DNA of 64,000 nucleotides from an uncultured Methanosarcinales archaeon (GTDB taxonomy: Archaea; Nanobdellota; Nanobdellia; Woesearchaeales; DSVV01). Of the stretch, positions 54,742 through 64,000 are shown one piece after another. The position numbers and the translations under genes were made by a program. The stretch's first letter is position 1. Every line of letters starts with the position of its first letter. The notes beneath the pieces are model-generated. The model worked only from the letters and a program-made list of their open reading frames with translations. It made no database searches and was not told the origin of the DNA. Location: NCBI GenBank assembly GCA_964453185.1, contig CAYVNN010000002.1, positions 55,843 to 119,842 of the forward strand. Reading direction: 5' to 3'.

Positions 54742-56495
54742 CCATAATAATACTTACCTTTACTCTTCTGTTCTCTATCCTTAACACTGTTTTCTTTATT
54801 GATTCTTGGTCTATGTGAATGTTCATCTCTTCTTAAAGTTATTTTCAACAATTCTAACAAAGAATTCATTCCTGTTTCCATTTCAAACGGACCTTTTACC
54901 AAACCATTAACAGCTGGTTCACCTTCAAAAACTAATAATCTATTAGAAATATAATCTAAGAATAATAAATCATGATCAACAACCAACGCAGAATTTCCTT
55001 TTACATCAACAAAGTTTCTTATCATCTTAGAAACTATTAATCTTTGTTCAACATCTAAGTATGCAGAAGGTTCATCTAATAAAACTAACTTACTCTTCTT
55101 ACCTAATGCAGAAGCAATTGCAACTCTCTGCAATTCACCACCAGACAAATTACATATTTTTTTCATAAACAATGGTTTAATATTAAGTGGAGTAATAATA
55201 TCATTTGTATGTTTTTGTATAACCTTTGATAAAACATTAACAACTAATTCTTCAGACGAAGAATCAATATATTGAGGTTTATAAGACACAGTAATATCTT
55301 CATCAACTTTTCCATCATCTGGCTTAACAACTCCTGCTAACATTTTAACAAAACTAGTTTTACCAATTCCATTCTCTCCCAAAACACCAACAACCTCATG
55401 TTTTGCTATTATTCCTGGCTCAGCTTTTAAACTAAACACACCTAACTTAACACTTAACTCCGGCCATTCTGTTAACATATGCTCTTTAACCTTCTCAGGA
55501 GGGGCTTTTACTTCAAACTTAATTTTATTATTTCTAAATCTAATATTTTCTTCTTTAAGATAACCTTCTAAATAAACATTAATCCCTGCTTTAGTAACCT
55601 TAGGTAAAGAAACAATACCATAACATCCTTCCTTACCATACATAATATGCACAAGATCTGTCATAAAATCTAATGCAATTAAATCATGCTCAATAACAAG
55701 AACAGCAGTTTCTTCATTAGCTAATTCTCTAATAATTTTAGAAACATTTAATCTTTGTTTAATATCTAAGTATGATGTTGGTTCATCAAAAATATACAAG
55801 TTAGCTTTTTTCAATAATGTTGCAGCAATTGCAACCCTTTGCAATTCTCCACCAGAAATAGTAGCAACATCATTATCAAATATTCTTTTAATATCTAATT
55901 TTTCACTTATTTCATTCACTAAACCACGTTCATCTACTTTTTCTAATAAATCTTTAACCTTACCTTTGGTATTCTTAGGAATAAGATCAACATTCTGTGG
56001 TTTATATGAAACTTTAATTTCTCCTTGATCTAATTTTTCAAAAAATGTCTGTGCTTCTGTTCCTTTAAAGAACTGAACTAGATCACTATAATTAGCTTCA
56101 TAATCTTCTTTATTCAAATTAGGTTTTAACACACCTGCAATGATCTTAATAGCTGTAGACTTACCAATTCCATTCCTTCCTAAAATTCCAACAACCTTAC
56201 CAAAAGATGGTGTTGGTAATGAATATAATGAAAACTCATTCTTACCAAATCTATGGATAGGATCTTGTTTTAATGCTTCAGGAAGATTAATTATATTTAT
56301 ACATTCAACTGGACATTTATGTGGACATATTCCACAACCTACACAAAGCTCTTCATTGATTATGGGCTTATTATCCTCTCCCAAGATAATACATTCTTTC
56401 CCAGTTCTGTTAACAGGACATGCACCTCCACAAATAAAAGTACAACCATCTCCATTAACACATAAATGCTTCTTTAACACAGCTATTCGAGTCAT
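54738..56495 (-). CDS. abce1: ABCE1/RLI ribosome-recycling ATPase
   Basis: N-terminal Fe-S domains (CVNGDGCTFICGGACP...CVGCGICPHKCPVECI) followed by two ABC cassettes (GRNGIGKST...LSGGELQRV...IFDEPTSYLD, and GENGIGKTS...LSGGELQRV...LLDEPSAYLD). Confidence 0.9.
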   Translation of the reverse strand: MTRIAVLKKHLCVNGDGCTFICGGACPVNRTGKECIILGEDNKPIINEELCVGCGICPHKCPVECINIINLPEALKQDPIHRFGKNEFSLYSLPTPSFGKVVGILGRNGIGKSTAIKIIAGVLKPNLNKEDYEANYSDLVQFFKGTEAQTFFEKLDQGEIKVSYKPQNVDLIPKNTKGKVKDLLEKVDERGLVNEISEKLDIKRIFDNDVATISGGELQRVAIAATLLKKANLYIFDEPTSYLDIKQRLNVSKIIRELANEETAVLVIEHDLIALDFMTDLVHIMYGKEGCYGIVSLPKVTKAGINVYLEGYLKEENIRFRNNKIKFEVKAPPEKVKEHMLTEWPELSVKLGVFSLKAEPGIIAKHEVVGVLGENGIGKTSFVKMLAGVVKPDDGKVDEDITVSYKPQYIDSSSEELVVNVLSKVIQKHTNDIITPLNIKPLFMKKICNLSGGELQRVAIASALGKKSKLVLLDEPSAYLDVEQRLIVSKMIRNFVDVKGNSALVVDHDLLFLDYISNRLLVFEGEPAVNGLVKGPFEMETGMNSLLELLKITLRRDEHSHRPRINKENSVKDREQKSKGKYYYG

Positions 56496-56573
56496 AATAT
56501 AGCAAGATCGAATGGCATTATATATATTTTACTATCCATAACACATTAAAATAACACTCAATTACCTTATCAA

Positions 56574-57596
56574 ATGAGTAGATATAGACATATTCTTGAC
56601 ATACCTGGAGAAGAAGATGATTTAGATACAGAAGGTGGTAGATTTCTAAGTGAATTAGAACAATTAGTTGTATTCAAACCCGGTATCCATCCCATATGTA
56701 CTGGTCCAATTGCTTCTGTAATAGATCTTACCAATACAAGAGACACAAACATTACATGGGTTGAACTTGTTTCCACTGCAACATTAGATGCGTTAGAACA
56801 ATTACTTCAAAGAACAGGTCTTACTTATTTCAAAAATCCCCAAAACTACAGATTATGTTGTGATGCAGCAACAAAAGAATCCCGAGCATTATTATTTTCC
56901 AATTGGTATAATGAAGGTGTTTTATTAATTGCTTCACCAAGACAATTATATCATGTAGAAGCAACTGCTTTTATTCCAGAATTTACTCAAGAGGATGAAA
57001 GATTCGAAATAGCATATATAAGAGATCAAATTGCAAATGGAAATACTTCATATAAAATATTTAATTCAGAAGAAGAAGCAAGACAATACATGCAAGAAAA
57101 CTTAGAAAGATTATTTCAAAAACACCGCCAACCATTCATGGGAGATGGACCAAACGCAGATGCAGTAATTATATCTGATTTTAATACAAAAGATGTTCAT
57201 ACATTTCCAGAAGGAATAAAAGTTAGTGATGAAATGGTTGTTCATAAAGTAAGCATGAGTTTACCTTACATAGCAAGAACTTATTCAGATGGAAAAGTAC
57301 TAGTCACAGATCAAAGTTTCATTTCACCCTTTTTTAAATATTTCAAACCAGAAGAAGGGATCGAACAATATGATTATCAATGTGTATGTGATGCATGTGA
57401 AGCAAATTTAGTTGATAAGATCAGACCCGAAGCAAAATTAGAAATGTGGGAATCATATGCCTATGCTGATTTAAGGGCCATATTAGAAAGAGAAGGATAT
57501 GAAATAGATCCAAATAGAATTACATTAAATGTAAAAAAGAGAAAACCAATTGAAATTGATTTAGTAAGAGTTAGAAGATATCAAGCAGAAGAATAA
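56574..57596 (+). CDS. hypothetical protein (340 aa)
   Basis: No motif recognised; CVCDAC pair near the C-terminus. Confidence 0.35.
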   Translation: MSRYRHILDIPGEEDDLDTEGGRFLSELEQLVVFKPGIHPICTGPIASVIDLTNTRDTNITWVELVSTATLDALEQLLQRTGLTYFKNPQNYRLCCDAATKESRALLFSNWYNEGVLLIASPRQLYHVEATAFIPEFTQEDERFEIAYIRDQIANGNTSYKIFNSEEEARQYMQENLERLFQKHRQPFMGDGPNADAVIISDFNTKDVHTFPEGIKVSDEMVVHKVSMSLPYIARTYSDGKVLVTDQSFISPFFKYFKPEEGIEQYDYQCVCDACEANLVDKIRPEAKLEMWESYAYADLRAILEREGYEIDPNRITLNVKKRKPIEIDLVRVRRYQAEE

Positions 57597-57627
57597 ATTT
57601 ATATAAATTAACAACTAAAACAAATCA

Positions 57628-58041
57628 ATGTTAATAAACAAACTAAAAGAATGGGTTAAAAGATATGGTACTGCAGAAGTAATTGGTTTAATCTTTGCTG
57701 TTCTTGGTGCAAATGTCTCATTCATTCTAACTAAAAATATTATACTCTCTGCATTCATCGGAACATGGACAGAAAACATTGGTTTCTACGGAACAATAGC
57801 TTACAATGACTTAAAAAATAAAAAAAACAAACCATATCTTAAACAAACATTACATATGATAATTGAATTTGGTCCTGCAGAATACATTGATAGTTTTCTT
57901 ATCAGACCATTATACTTATCATTCTTTCCATACATTATCACAAACTATTCATTAGCAATATTAGTCGCAACAATACTAGCTAACATAACATATTACATAC
58001 CAACAATTATTTCATATGAAATAAAAAAGAAACTTACTTAA
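57628..58041 (+). CDS. small membrane protein (4 TM), hypothetical
   Basis: Hydrophobicity pattern. Confidence 0.4.
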   Translation: MLINKLKEWVKRYGTAEVIGLIFAVLGANVSFILTKNIILSAFIGTWTENIGFYGTIAYNDLKNKKNKPYLKQTLHMIIEFGPAEYIDSFLIRPLYLSFFPYIITNYSLAILVATILANITYYIPTIISYEIKKKLT

Positions 58042-58990
58042 CTATCCAATCATTTAACTTAACTTTAACTATTCTAAATGATCTAAAAACAGTAATTATT
58101 TTCTTCTTCTCCAAACTTATCAACAACCGAGATAATGTTGTCCTTGGAATTCCAAGTTCATGTCTTATTTTTGATTGTAACTCTGTATAATTCTCTCTTC
58201 CTTTTAACAAATTAACAATCTTACTTTCTTTTCTATTTAATGTTTTCAAAACACTACCTAATTTATCACTTTCTTTTTCTTTAACTTTCTTAAATAAAGA
58301 ATAATTTCTAAAAACAAAATAAATAACAATTCCAAAAACAAAAAGTAGAAAAAATATTAATAGAATAAGATAACTTCCAGATTCCCTTTCCTGTTCATAA
58401 ACAATACTATTATCTAACTTAACCTCAACATCTGCTATATCTCCTTTTTTCAAATCAACCAAACTAAAACCAACATAATCTCCATAAGAAGCAAATACCT
58501 TACATTCTCCTGCAGACAACCCTTCAACAAAAAAACTTCCAAATTCATCCGTTGATTCAGGTAAAACCAAACTAGAATCTGCACATTCAAACTTTAACTT
58601 TGCATTACTCACAATATTATCTAATTCATCTTTAACAACCCCTCTTAAAGATGAAGCAGGTTTTAATAATACTGTATTAGCATCAACAATATCAACAGAA
58701 TCTAACTCAATAAGACTAACAGATGCATAATAATCAACACCTGAAGTATTTATATCATCAACTATAATAAATAGATTCTCATCATCTTCTATTGAAAGAA
58801 CAACATAATCATTCTCATAAATATATTTATTTGTAACATAGTTATCAAAATAAAAATACACAACAGCATCAGAAATCTGTTTATGACTTTCAACAGAAGT
58901 AAAATCAAACCCATATTCTAAAGCATAAACAGGCATAGCCAAAGCAATAAGTAATAAAATAATCAATGAAATCCTTGATAAACTAACCAT
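58034..58990 (-). CDS. membrane protein with an N-terminal signal/TM, an extracellular beta-rich domain, a second TM and a cytoplasmic C-terminal winged-helix domain
   Basis: Start placed at the ATG at 58990 (MVSLSRISLIILLLIALAMPVYA). TM YLILLIFFLLFVFGIVIYFVF. C-terminal ...NYTELQSKIRHELGIPRTTLSRLLISLEKKKII is wHTH-like. Confidence 0.45.
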   Translation of the reverse strand: MVSLSRISLIILLLIALAMPVYALEYGFDFTSVESHKQISDAVVYFYFDNYVTNKYIYENDYVVLSIEDDENLFIIVDDINTSGVDYYASVSLIELDSVDIVDANTVLLKPASSLRGVVKDELDNIVSNAKLKFECADSSLVLPESTDEFGSFFVEGLSAGECKVFASYGDYVGFSLVDLKKGDIADVEVKLDNSIVYEQERESGSYLILLIFFLLFVFGIVIYFVFRNYSLFKKVKEKESDKLGSVLKTLNRKESKIVNLLKGRENYTELQSKIRHELGIPRTTLSRLLISLEKKKIITVFRSFRIVKVKLNDWIVK

Positions 58991-59045
58991 TAATATCACT
59001 TGTTGTCTTTTAAGTTTAAAAAAGTTATTAAAAAAAATTAAAAAA

Positions 59046-60800
59046 TTAACTAAAAAGACCAGATAACCACTCATAAATCTTTTCTAGCATTGAATTAGTT
59101 TCTTCAAGCTGTGATATTAGATCTTCACATTGTCCACTTAAACAAGAATTACTAACACATTCAAAACTATTTTGACATGCTTTTCCTTCTGTTTTTTGTT
59201 CAAGTAAATCTCCTGTCCAATCACAATACATAGGAACACCGCTTTCTAACATTCTTAGACCAACATCAACACAACTTCCCTCTAATTCACAAGTTCCATC
59301 TTCACAATCTTCCTCTTCTTCGACAATTACTTCAACCGGTTCTTCTACTATTTCCTCTTTCTCATCTTCTTCTTTGTTATAATCATCTTCTAAGTAATCA
59401 TCTGTTGCATCTTCCATGTCATCAACAATTTCATCATACTGTCCATCAATGTAATTGTAAAAGTCTTTTACTTCATCATATAATTCATCTGCTAATTCCT
59501 CTGCTTCATCAAATAATTCATCTTCAATATGATCCTCAGTGTCATCTAAAACATCCTCAATTAATTCACTGATATCTTCAAGATCTTGACCCAAATCACC
59601 AATATCTCTTTCAATATCTTCTGCATCATCTTCATCCATTTTATCTTCATAATAATCAAACAGTTCAAATATTTCTGCATAGACCTCTTCAGACTTTGAA
59701 TAAAAGTATTCTGCATCATCAATTCTATTGTAAATCTGTATTGTATCATAATCATCTAAAACAATAACAACTTCATCTTCTTCAACAATTTCCCCTTCTT
59801 CACAAACATAACCATCTCTTACACTATACAGAACAAATGCAACATAACCATCCTCATTACAATAATATTCACCTAAGTCCTCATCTGATCTACAGTAATC
59901 TTCATACTCTACCTCTTCACCATCATAATAATAAATTCCACTTGTTTCTCCTTTTTCATAATAATCTTCTCCATCATCACTTTCTGTACAAACAATCTCA
60001 GCTACTTCATCACTTTCAACAATTTCTCCGTCTACACAATCATAGCCCCCAACAGGAGTATAATAATGACGATCAACAAATCCATTATCATTACAATAAT
60101 ATTCACCTAACAACCCACCAGATGTACAAAAATCTTCATACTCTACTTCTTCATCAGTTGAATCATATATGCCCCTTGTCTTTCCTCTTTCATATATCTC
60201 TTTTCCACTATCTGAATCTGAACAAGTAATTATCTCAACTTCCTCACTAACAAACTCTCCATCTTCACAAACATAGCCTTCTGGTGGACTTACATAAATT
60301 ACATATAAGTAATCTCTACCGTCATGTTCCTTTATAAAAAATTCGCCTAGTTTTCCACTGCCACTACAATAATCTTGACTTTCTTGGTATAATCCTGTAA
60401 CATAATAAATTCCAGTGCCATATCCCGCAGTGTAATAATCCTTTCCACCATCTGAATCAAAAGGTTGTACATAATCATCATCAGATTCAACACATTCTCC
60501 TCCTTCACATTGGTATCCTTCACCACATTCTAATTCCACAATTTCTACATAACCATCTCCATTACAAAAGATTTCACCAACTAATTCTGTACCTACACAA
60601 TAATCTTCAAACTCTCCCCAATCCTCATTAGAAAACCAATTTCCTTCTGCATATCCTTTAGTATAGATATCTTCTCCATCAGTATCTGAACAAGTAATTG
60701 TTTCAACAACCTCATTAGCACTAACTGCCCCTGCAAACGCAGTCAAAACAACCAATGCAACAACAATATATAATATCAAATTTTTAAACTTCATTTTCAT
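59046..60800 (-). CDS. secreted protein with about 5 Cys-containing tandem modules and a highly acidic C-terminal half
   Basis: Signal peptide, repeated modules of the form C(S/T)(D/E)(S/T)D.GE(D/E)(I/Y)Y.KG......Y......E(V/F)E(Y/D)(E/Y)(D/C)(F/Y)C......GE(Y/I)(Y/F)CN..G(Y/F)V, then a D/E-rich region and a C-terminal Cys cluster. Confidence 0.5.
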   Translation of the reverse strand: MKMKFKNLILYIVVALVVLTAFAGAVSANEVVETITCSDTDGEDIYTKGYAEGNWFSNEDWGEFEDYCVGTELVGEIFCNGDGYVEIVELECGEGYQCEGGECVESDDDYVQPFDSDGGKDYYTAGYGTGIYYVTGLYQESQDYCSGSGKLGEFFIKEHDGRDYLYVIYVSPPEGYVCEDGEFVSEEVEIITCSDSDSGKEIYERGKTRGIYDSTDEEVEYEDFCTSGGLLGEYYCNDNGFVDRHYYTPVGGYDCVDGEIVESDEVAEIVCTESDDGEDYYEKGETSGIYYYDGEEVEYEDYCRSDEDLGEYYCNEDGYVAFVLYSVRDGYVCEEGEIVEEDEVVIVLDDYDTIQIYNRIDDAEYFYSKSEEVYAEIFELFDYYEDKMDEDDAEDIERDIGDLGQDLEDISELIEDVLDDTEDHIEDELFDEAEELADELYDEVKDFYNYIDGQYDEIVDDMEDATDDYLEDDYNKEEDEKEEIVEEPVEVIVEEEEDCEDGTCELEGSCVDVGLRMLESGVPMYCDWTGDLLEQKTEGKACQNSFECVSNSCLSGQCEDLISQLEETNSMLEKIYEWLSGLFS

Positions 60801-60938
60801 TAACCTCCAAAAATATCATAGAACTAGGAAAGTGAAACAAGTATATAAGTCTTGAGCGGGAATCAATAGAAAAACAAGACCAAAGAGCTAATAAAAACAC
60901 AAAAGAAAGTATATTTAATACCCAAACAACAAAATAAC

Positions 60939-62801
60939 CTAGCTCTTCTTCTTATTAACATAATAAGCACCTACAGTCCCACAAAACAATAGCACAATAT
61001 AAACTAACAATATCCCTATATCACCATACTGTTGCAATAAACCAATATCAAAGAAGATTATCTTTCTAAAAATATTTTCACCTATTAACAAAGGATTTAG
61101 ATTAGCAAAGAATGCTGCAGTCTTCGGCATTATTTCAACGGGAAATATAACATCTGAAAACAAGAACACACCTAAAGCAAAGAATGTACATACTAATATT
61201 GATGTCTGCTTTATTCTAATTAAATATGCAAAGAACATACCTATCAAAACAAACACTGTTGTAACTAACAACACAGCTATCATTAAACTAAAGAACACAG
61301 ACATAATATCTATTCCAAAATTAAAATATGAAACTAACAACAAAACAGCTATCTGTATCAGTACAACAATCATATTAGTAATAAACAATCCAACGATATA
61401 ATACAAATTATTAATTGGAACTAAAAAATTTCTAAAAAAAGCAGGTGAATGAATTTCATTCAACACAACCATATTAGATAATAAAATACTAATAAACGTA
61501 ATAATAAACACTAACAAAATTGGAAATATCAAATAAATCTTAGCTAAGTCTCCTAATATAGGTTCAAACTCCGCATTTATTGGATTAATCAACATCTCTG
61601 CTTGATCTTGATCAATACCTGACAATTGTTCAATACTTTCATTTAATTCAATAGAAATCCTATCTATCTCAATAATTGCATCATCAATCTTAACAATATT
61701 TTCATTAATATTTTTGATACTATTATTAATTAAATCATTGACAGCATCAATATCAACAATCAATAAATCTAATTCTTCTTTCAACTCTTCAATATCATCA
61801 ATTGTTGAATCAATAAACATATTCGTATTATTAATCTTAGCAATTGCATCATTAGCTAATTCTTGTGAAGAATCTAATGAATCCAATGTTCTATCCAACA
61901 AACTATGATTTAATTTTATTTTATCTAAATCTATAGTCATTGGTAAACTTAAATTAAGAACATAAGATTTTAAGACATCAACAGCATCATTATACAAAAC
62001 AATAGTATCATTAATTTCAGTATACGAAGCATTAAGATAATAATAACTAGTATCTAATGATCCATTTAGTAAAGTCAATGCATTAACCATTTTTTCACTA
62101 TCTTCTTCAGAAAATGTCAATGCCTCTAATGTTTCAATACTATCATTAAGCTTACCTTGCAATTCTTTAATCTGTTCATACCTTGGATCAAATTGTTTCT
62201 TTACAGTTAAAAGCTGATCCCTCATTTCAACAAGATCAGATCTAACAATCATTGCTTCTGTCTTTAGTTCACCAAGTTGTTTTTGTGTATTAACCATCAA
62301 TCCAACAAACTCTTGAACATCATTAATTATCTGTTCACTTGCTTGCAAACTTATTTCTTCACTTGTAATATCTATTTTTTCTTTAAGATAATCAAGAATA
62401 AATCTAATTAAATTATATCTAGAATTATCATAATAAAATGTAATTGTTCCATCCATCTCTCCCGACGCTGGATCTGAGTTAAAATTTTCATCAAACTCTG
62501 CACAGAGATGCACAAAACTATGATTCATTGACCAAATACAAAAATCCAAACGTTTAAACATAACAACCCTAACTTCATCAGACGCAATATTTTCAAGAAC
62601 AGGTTGAATCTCTTGCATATCCTTTGCATAAACACCCATATTAATATCATGAAGATCATCACCATTAAAAGCAAAACCCAATATTAAGATGAGAATCATA
62701 GGTCCTAAGATTAATAATAAAATAGAAGTCCAGCTTCTAAAAACTATCTTAAGGTTTTTTAAAACTATAAATAATATTCTTCTGAAGCCGAATTTAGTCA
62801 T
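60939..62801 (-). CDS. ABC-2-type exporter permease with a large coiled-coil extracellular loop (YhgE/Pip-like)
   Basis: N-terminal TM, then a ~380-aa hydrophilic loop rich in heptad-like segments, then 5 C-terminal TM helices. Confidence 0.6.
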   Translation of the reverse strand: MTKFGFRRILFIVLKNLKIVFRSWTSILLLILGPMILILILGFAFNGDDLHDINMGVYAKDMQEIQPVLENIASDEVRVVMFKRLDFCIWSMNHSFVHLCAEFDENFNSDPASGEMDGTITFYYDNSRYNLIRFILDYLKEKIDITSEEISLQASEQIINDVQEFVGLMVNTQKQLGELKTEAMIVRSDLVEMRDQLLTVKKQFDPRYEQIKELQGKLNDSIETLEALTFSEEDSEKMVNALTLLNGSLDTSYYYLNASYTEINDTIVLYNDAVDVLKSYVLNLSLPMTIDLDKIKLNHSLLDRTLDSLDSSQELANDAIAKINNTNMFIDSTIDDIEELKEELDLLIVDIDAVNDLINNSIKNINENIVKIDDAIIEIDRISIELNESIEQLSGIDQDQAEMLINPINAEFEPILGDLAKIYLIFPILLVFIITFISILLSNMVVLNEIHSPAFFRNFLVPINNLYYIVGLFITNMIVVLIQIAVLLLVSYFNFGIDIMSVFFSLMIAVLLVTTVFVLIGMFFAYLIRIKQTSILVCTFFALGVFLFSDVIFPVEIMPKTAAFFANLNPLLIGENIFRKIIFFDIGLLQQYGDIGILLVYIVLLFCGTVGAYYVNKKKS

Positions 62802-62812
62802 TTAATCACCAA

Positions 62813-62931
62813 TTTATTTACTGCCTCTGCCTTAAGGTGAACAAAGCATTTGTCATGCTTGCACAATACGGTACCAAATTCCTTAGTTAAATTATAATGA
62901 ATTTGGTGTAGTGAACGGCATGGCAGTAAAT
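62813..62931. mobile_element. ~119-bp insertion with 10-bp terminal inverted repeats (ATTTACTGCC / GGCAGTAAAT) flanked by 15-20-bp direct repeats (TCATTTAATCACCAAYTTAT at 62798-62817 and 62932-62951)
   Basis: The direct repeat consists of the last 6 codons plus the stop of the ABC ATPase gene and the ATG of the permease (ATGA overlap). The inserted segment carries the internal palindromes CCTTAAGG, AAGCATTTGTCATGCTT and GGTACC. Confidence 0.6.
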
Positions 62932-63699
62932 TCATTTAATCACCAACTTATCATTCTTAACAATCTTTTCAAAAACTTTACCAAATGTTTTTTCTTTTGG
63001 ATATAATGAAGATAATTTATTTGGAGTATTAACTTTAATCATCCTACCAAAATTTAATATCCCAATTCTATTACAATGTTTCTCAATAAAATCTAATAAA
63101 TGTGATGTAACAATTATAGTTTTGCCAGACTTATTTATTTTAGTAATCAAATTCCATATATTATCTCTAATAATTGGATCTAAGCCAGTAGTTGGTTCAT
63201 CCAATATTAATATTTCAGGATCATGTATTAATGTTATAGCAAAGTCTAATCTTCTTTTCATACCACCAGAGATTCTACCTGACAAAGTATTTTGATGTCT
63301 TTCTAAATCAACAAGATTAAGAAGATATTTAACCTGTTTTGTTAATTTCTTTGGATTTAAACAATACAACCGTCCAAAATATTGTAAATTTTCTCTAATA
63401 GTAAGTTCAGGGTAAAAAGAATTCTCTTGCGTACAAAACCCAACAATATTTCTTATAATGTGTGGTTTTTTTGTAATATTATGGCCTTTATAGATTACTT
63501 TTCCTGAATCAACTTTATAAAAACCCATTAAAACCCTAAGTAAAGTAGTTTTCCCTGCACCACTCGTCCCAATAAAACCAAAGATCTCATTGTCATATAT
63601 CTTTAAATCAAGGTTTTTTATTACTTTTATCTCACCAAATCCTTTGTTAACCTTTTGAAAATCTATTAATTCCTTTGACATTATATAAATTATTAACAT
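62932..63699 (-). CDS. ABC transporter ATP-binding protein
   Basis: Walker A GTSGAGKTT, signature LSGGMKRRLDFA, Walker B ILILDEPTTGLD. Confidence 0.85.
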   Translation of the reverse strand: MLIIYIMSKELIDFQKVNKGFGEIKVIKNLDLKIYDNEIFGFIGTSGAGKTTLLRVLMGFYKVDSGKVIYKGHNITKKPHIIRNIVGFCTQENSFYPELTIRENLQYFGRLYCLNPKKLTKQVKYLLNLVDLERHQNTLSGRISGGMKRRLDFAITLIHDPEILILDEPTTGLDPIIRDNIWNLITKINKSGKTIIVTSHLLDFIEKHCNRIGILNFGRMIKVNTPNKLSSLYPKEKTFGKVFEKIVKNDKLVIK

Positions 63700-63736
63700 A
63701 AGATTAATATAAAAGTTATGTTTAGGATATTAAATA

Positions 63737-64000
63737 ATGGCATCAGGCACAAGTAAAGCAGTATATGTTGCATTAGCAGGAAATTTCTTTATTGCAATCT
63801 TCAAATTCATAGCTGCATTCTTTTCAGGTAGTTCATCTATGCTAGCTGAAGGATATCACAGTATATCAGATACATTAAATCAAGTATTCTTATTAGTAGG
63901 AATAAGCAAAAGTAAACAACCCCCAAACAAACTACATCCATATGGACATGGTAAAGAACAATTCTTTTGGGCATTTGTAGTTTCAATGATGATTTTTGGA
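63737..64000 (+). CDS. cation diffusion facilitator (CDF) transporter, N-terminal part (continues past the window end)
   Basis: MASGTSKAVYVALAGNFFIAIFKF...AEGYHSISDTLNQVFLLVG...LHPYGHGKEQFFWAF matches the CDF TM1-TM3 signatures (HSxxD; YGHGK.E). Confidence 0.6.
   Translation, partial: MASGTSKAVYVALAGNFFIAIFKFIAAFFSGSSSMLAEGYHSISDTLNQVFLLVGISKSKQPPNKLHPYGHGKEQFFWAFVVSMMIFG

Noticed and set aside
1-64000. CRISPR arrays, rRNA and tRNA genes
   Set aside because: No regularly spaced short direct repeats are visible. No rRNA-like conserved stretches were seen. By eye I could not fold any intergenic segment into a cloverleaf with a GTTC-type T-loop. Intron-containing or split tRNAs cannot be excluded without a tRNA finder.

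Overview
AT-rich (roughly 30-40% GC) archaeal chromosomal segment, probably from a DPANN-type archaeon with a small genome and an elaborate cell surface. It is densely coding on both strands. Housekeeping genes found: replication factor C small subunit interrupted by a 539-aa LAGLIDADG intein; Pelota; ABCE1/RLI; an RNase P RNA (type A-like, carrying the GAGGAAAGTCCG and ACAGAAGACGGCTTA signatures); a THUMP tRNA m2G methyltransferase; an NreA-like protein; a YggS PLP protein; H+/Na+ pyrophosphatase; a Pta-AckA pair; a MATE efflux pump; a CDF transporter; and an ABC-2 exporter. An unusually large share of the window encodes secreted, lipoprotein or membrane-anchored surface proteins. These include three tandem paralogous lipoproteins, giant TM-anchored ectodomain proteins, a class-III-signal (pilin-like) Cys-rich protein, a tail-fibre-like repeat protein and two SLT-type lytic transglycosylase domains. 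No CRISPR array, rRNA or tRNA was recognised. The most unusual signal is a previously unannotated family of 100-160 nt structured inverted-repeat elements, with 6 full and 2 half copies. Their core (CGCCTTGRCTCAYTAT ... TCAGAGYCGC) is conserved, but the sequence of the terminal stem differs between copies while staying perfectly complementary, a compensatory pattern that points to selection on structure. All 8 copies lie in 3' regions of genes and 7 of them start within about 20 nt of a stop codon, in either orientation. A second, related phenomenon is small insertions at extreme gene 3' ends that have duplicated the last ~7 codons of the gene. One sits between the ABC ATPase and permease genes and has 10-bp terminal inverted repeats; the other follows the PRC-barrel gene. 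Other points: a free-standing NUMOD1-LAGLIDADG endonuclease gene overlapping hppA, a membrane-anchored class III nucleotidyl cyclase, a 46-nt upstream element shared by the cyclase and a Tat-secreted SLT gene, a frameshifted HAD gene, and a RelE-type toxin-antitoxin pair.
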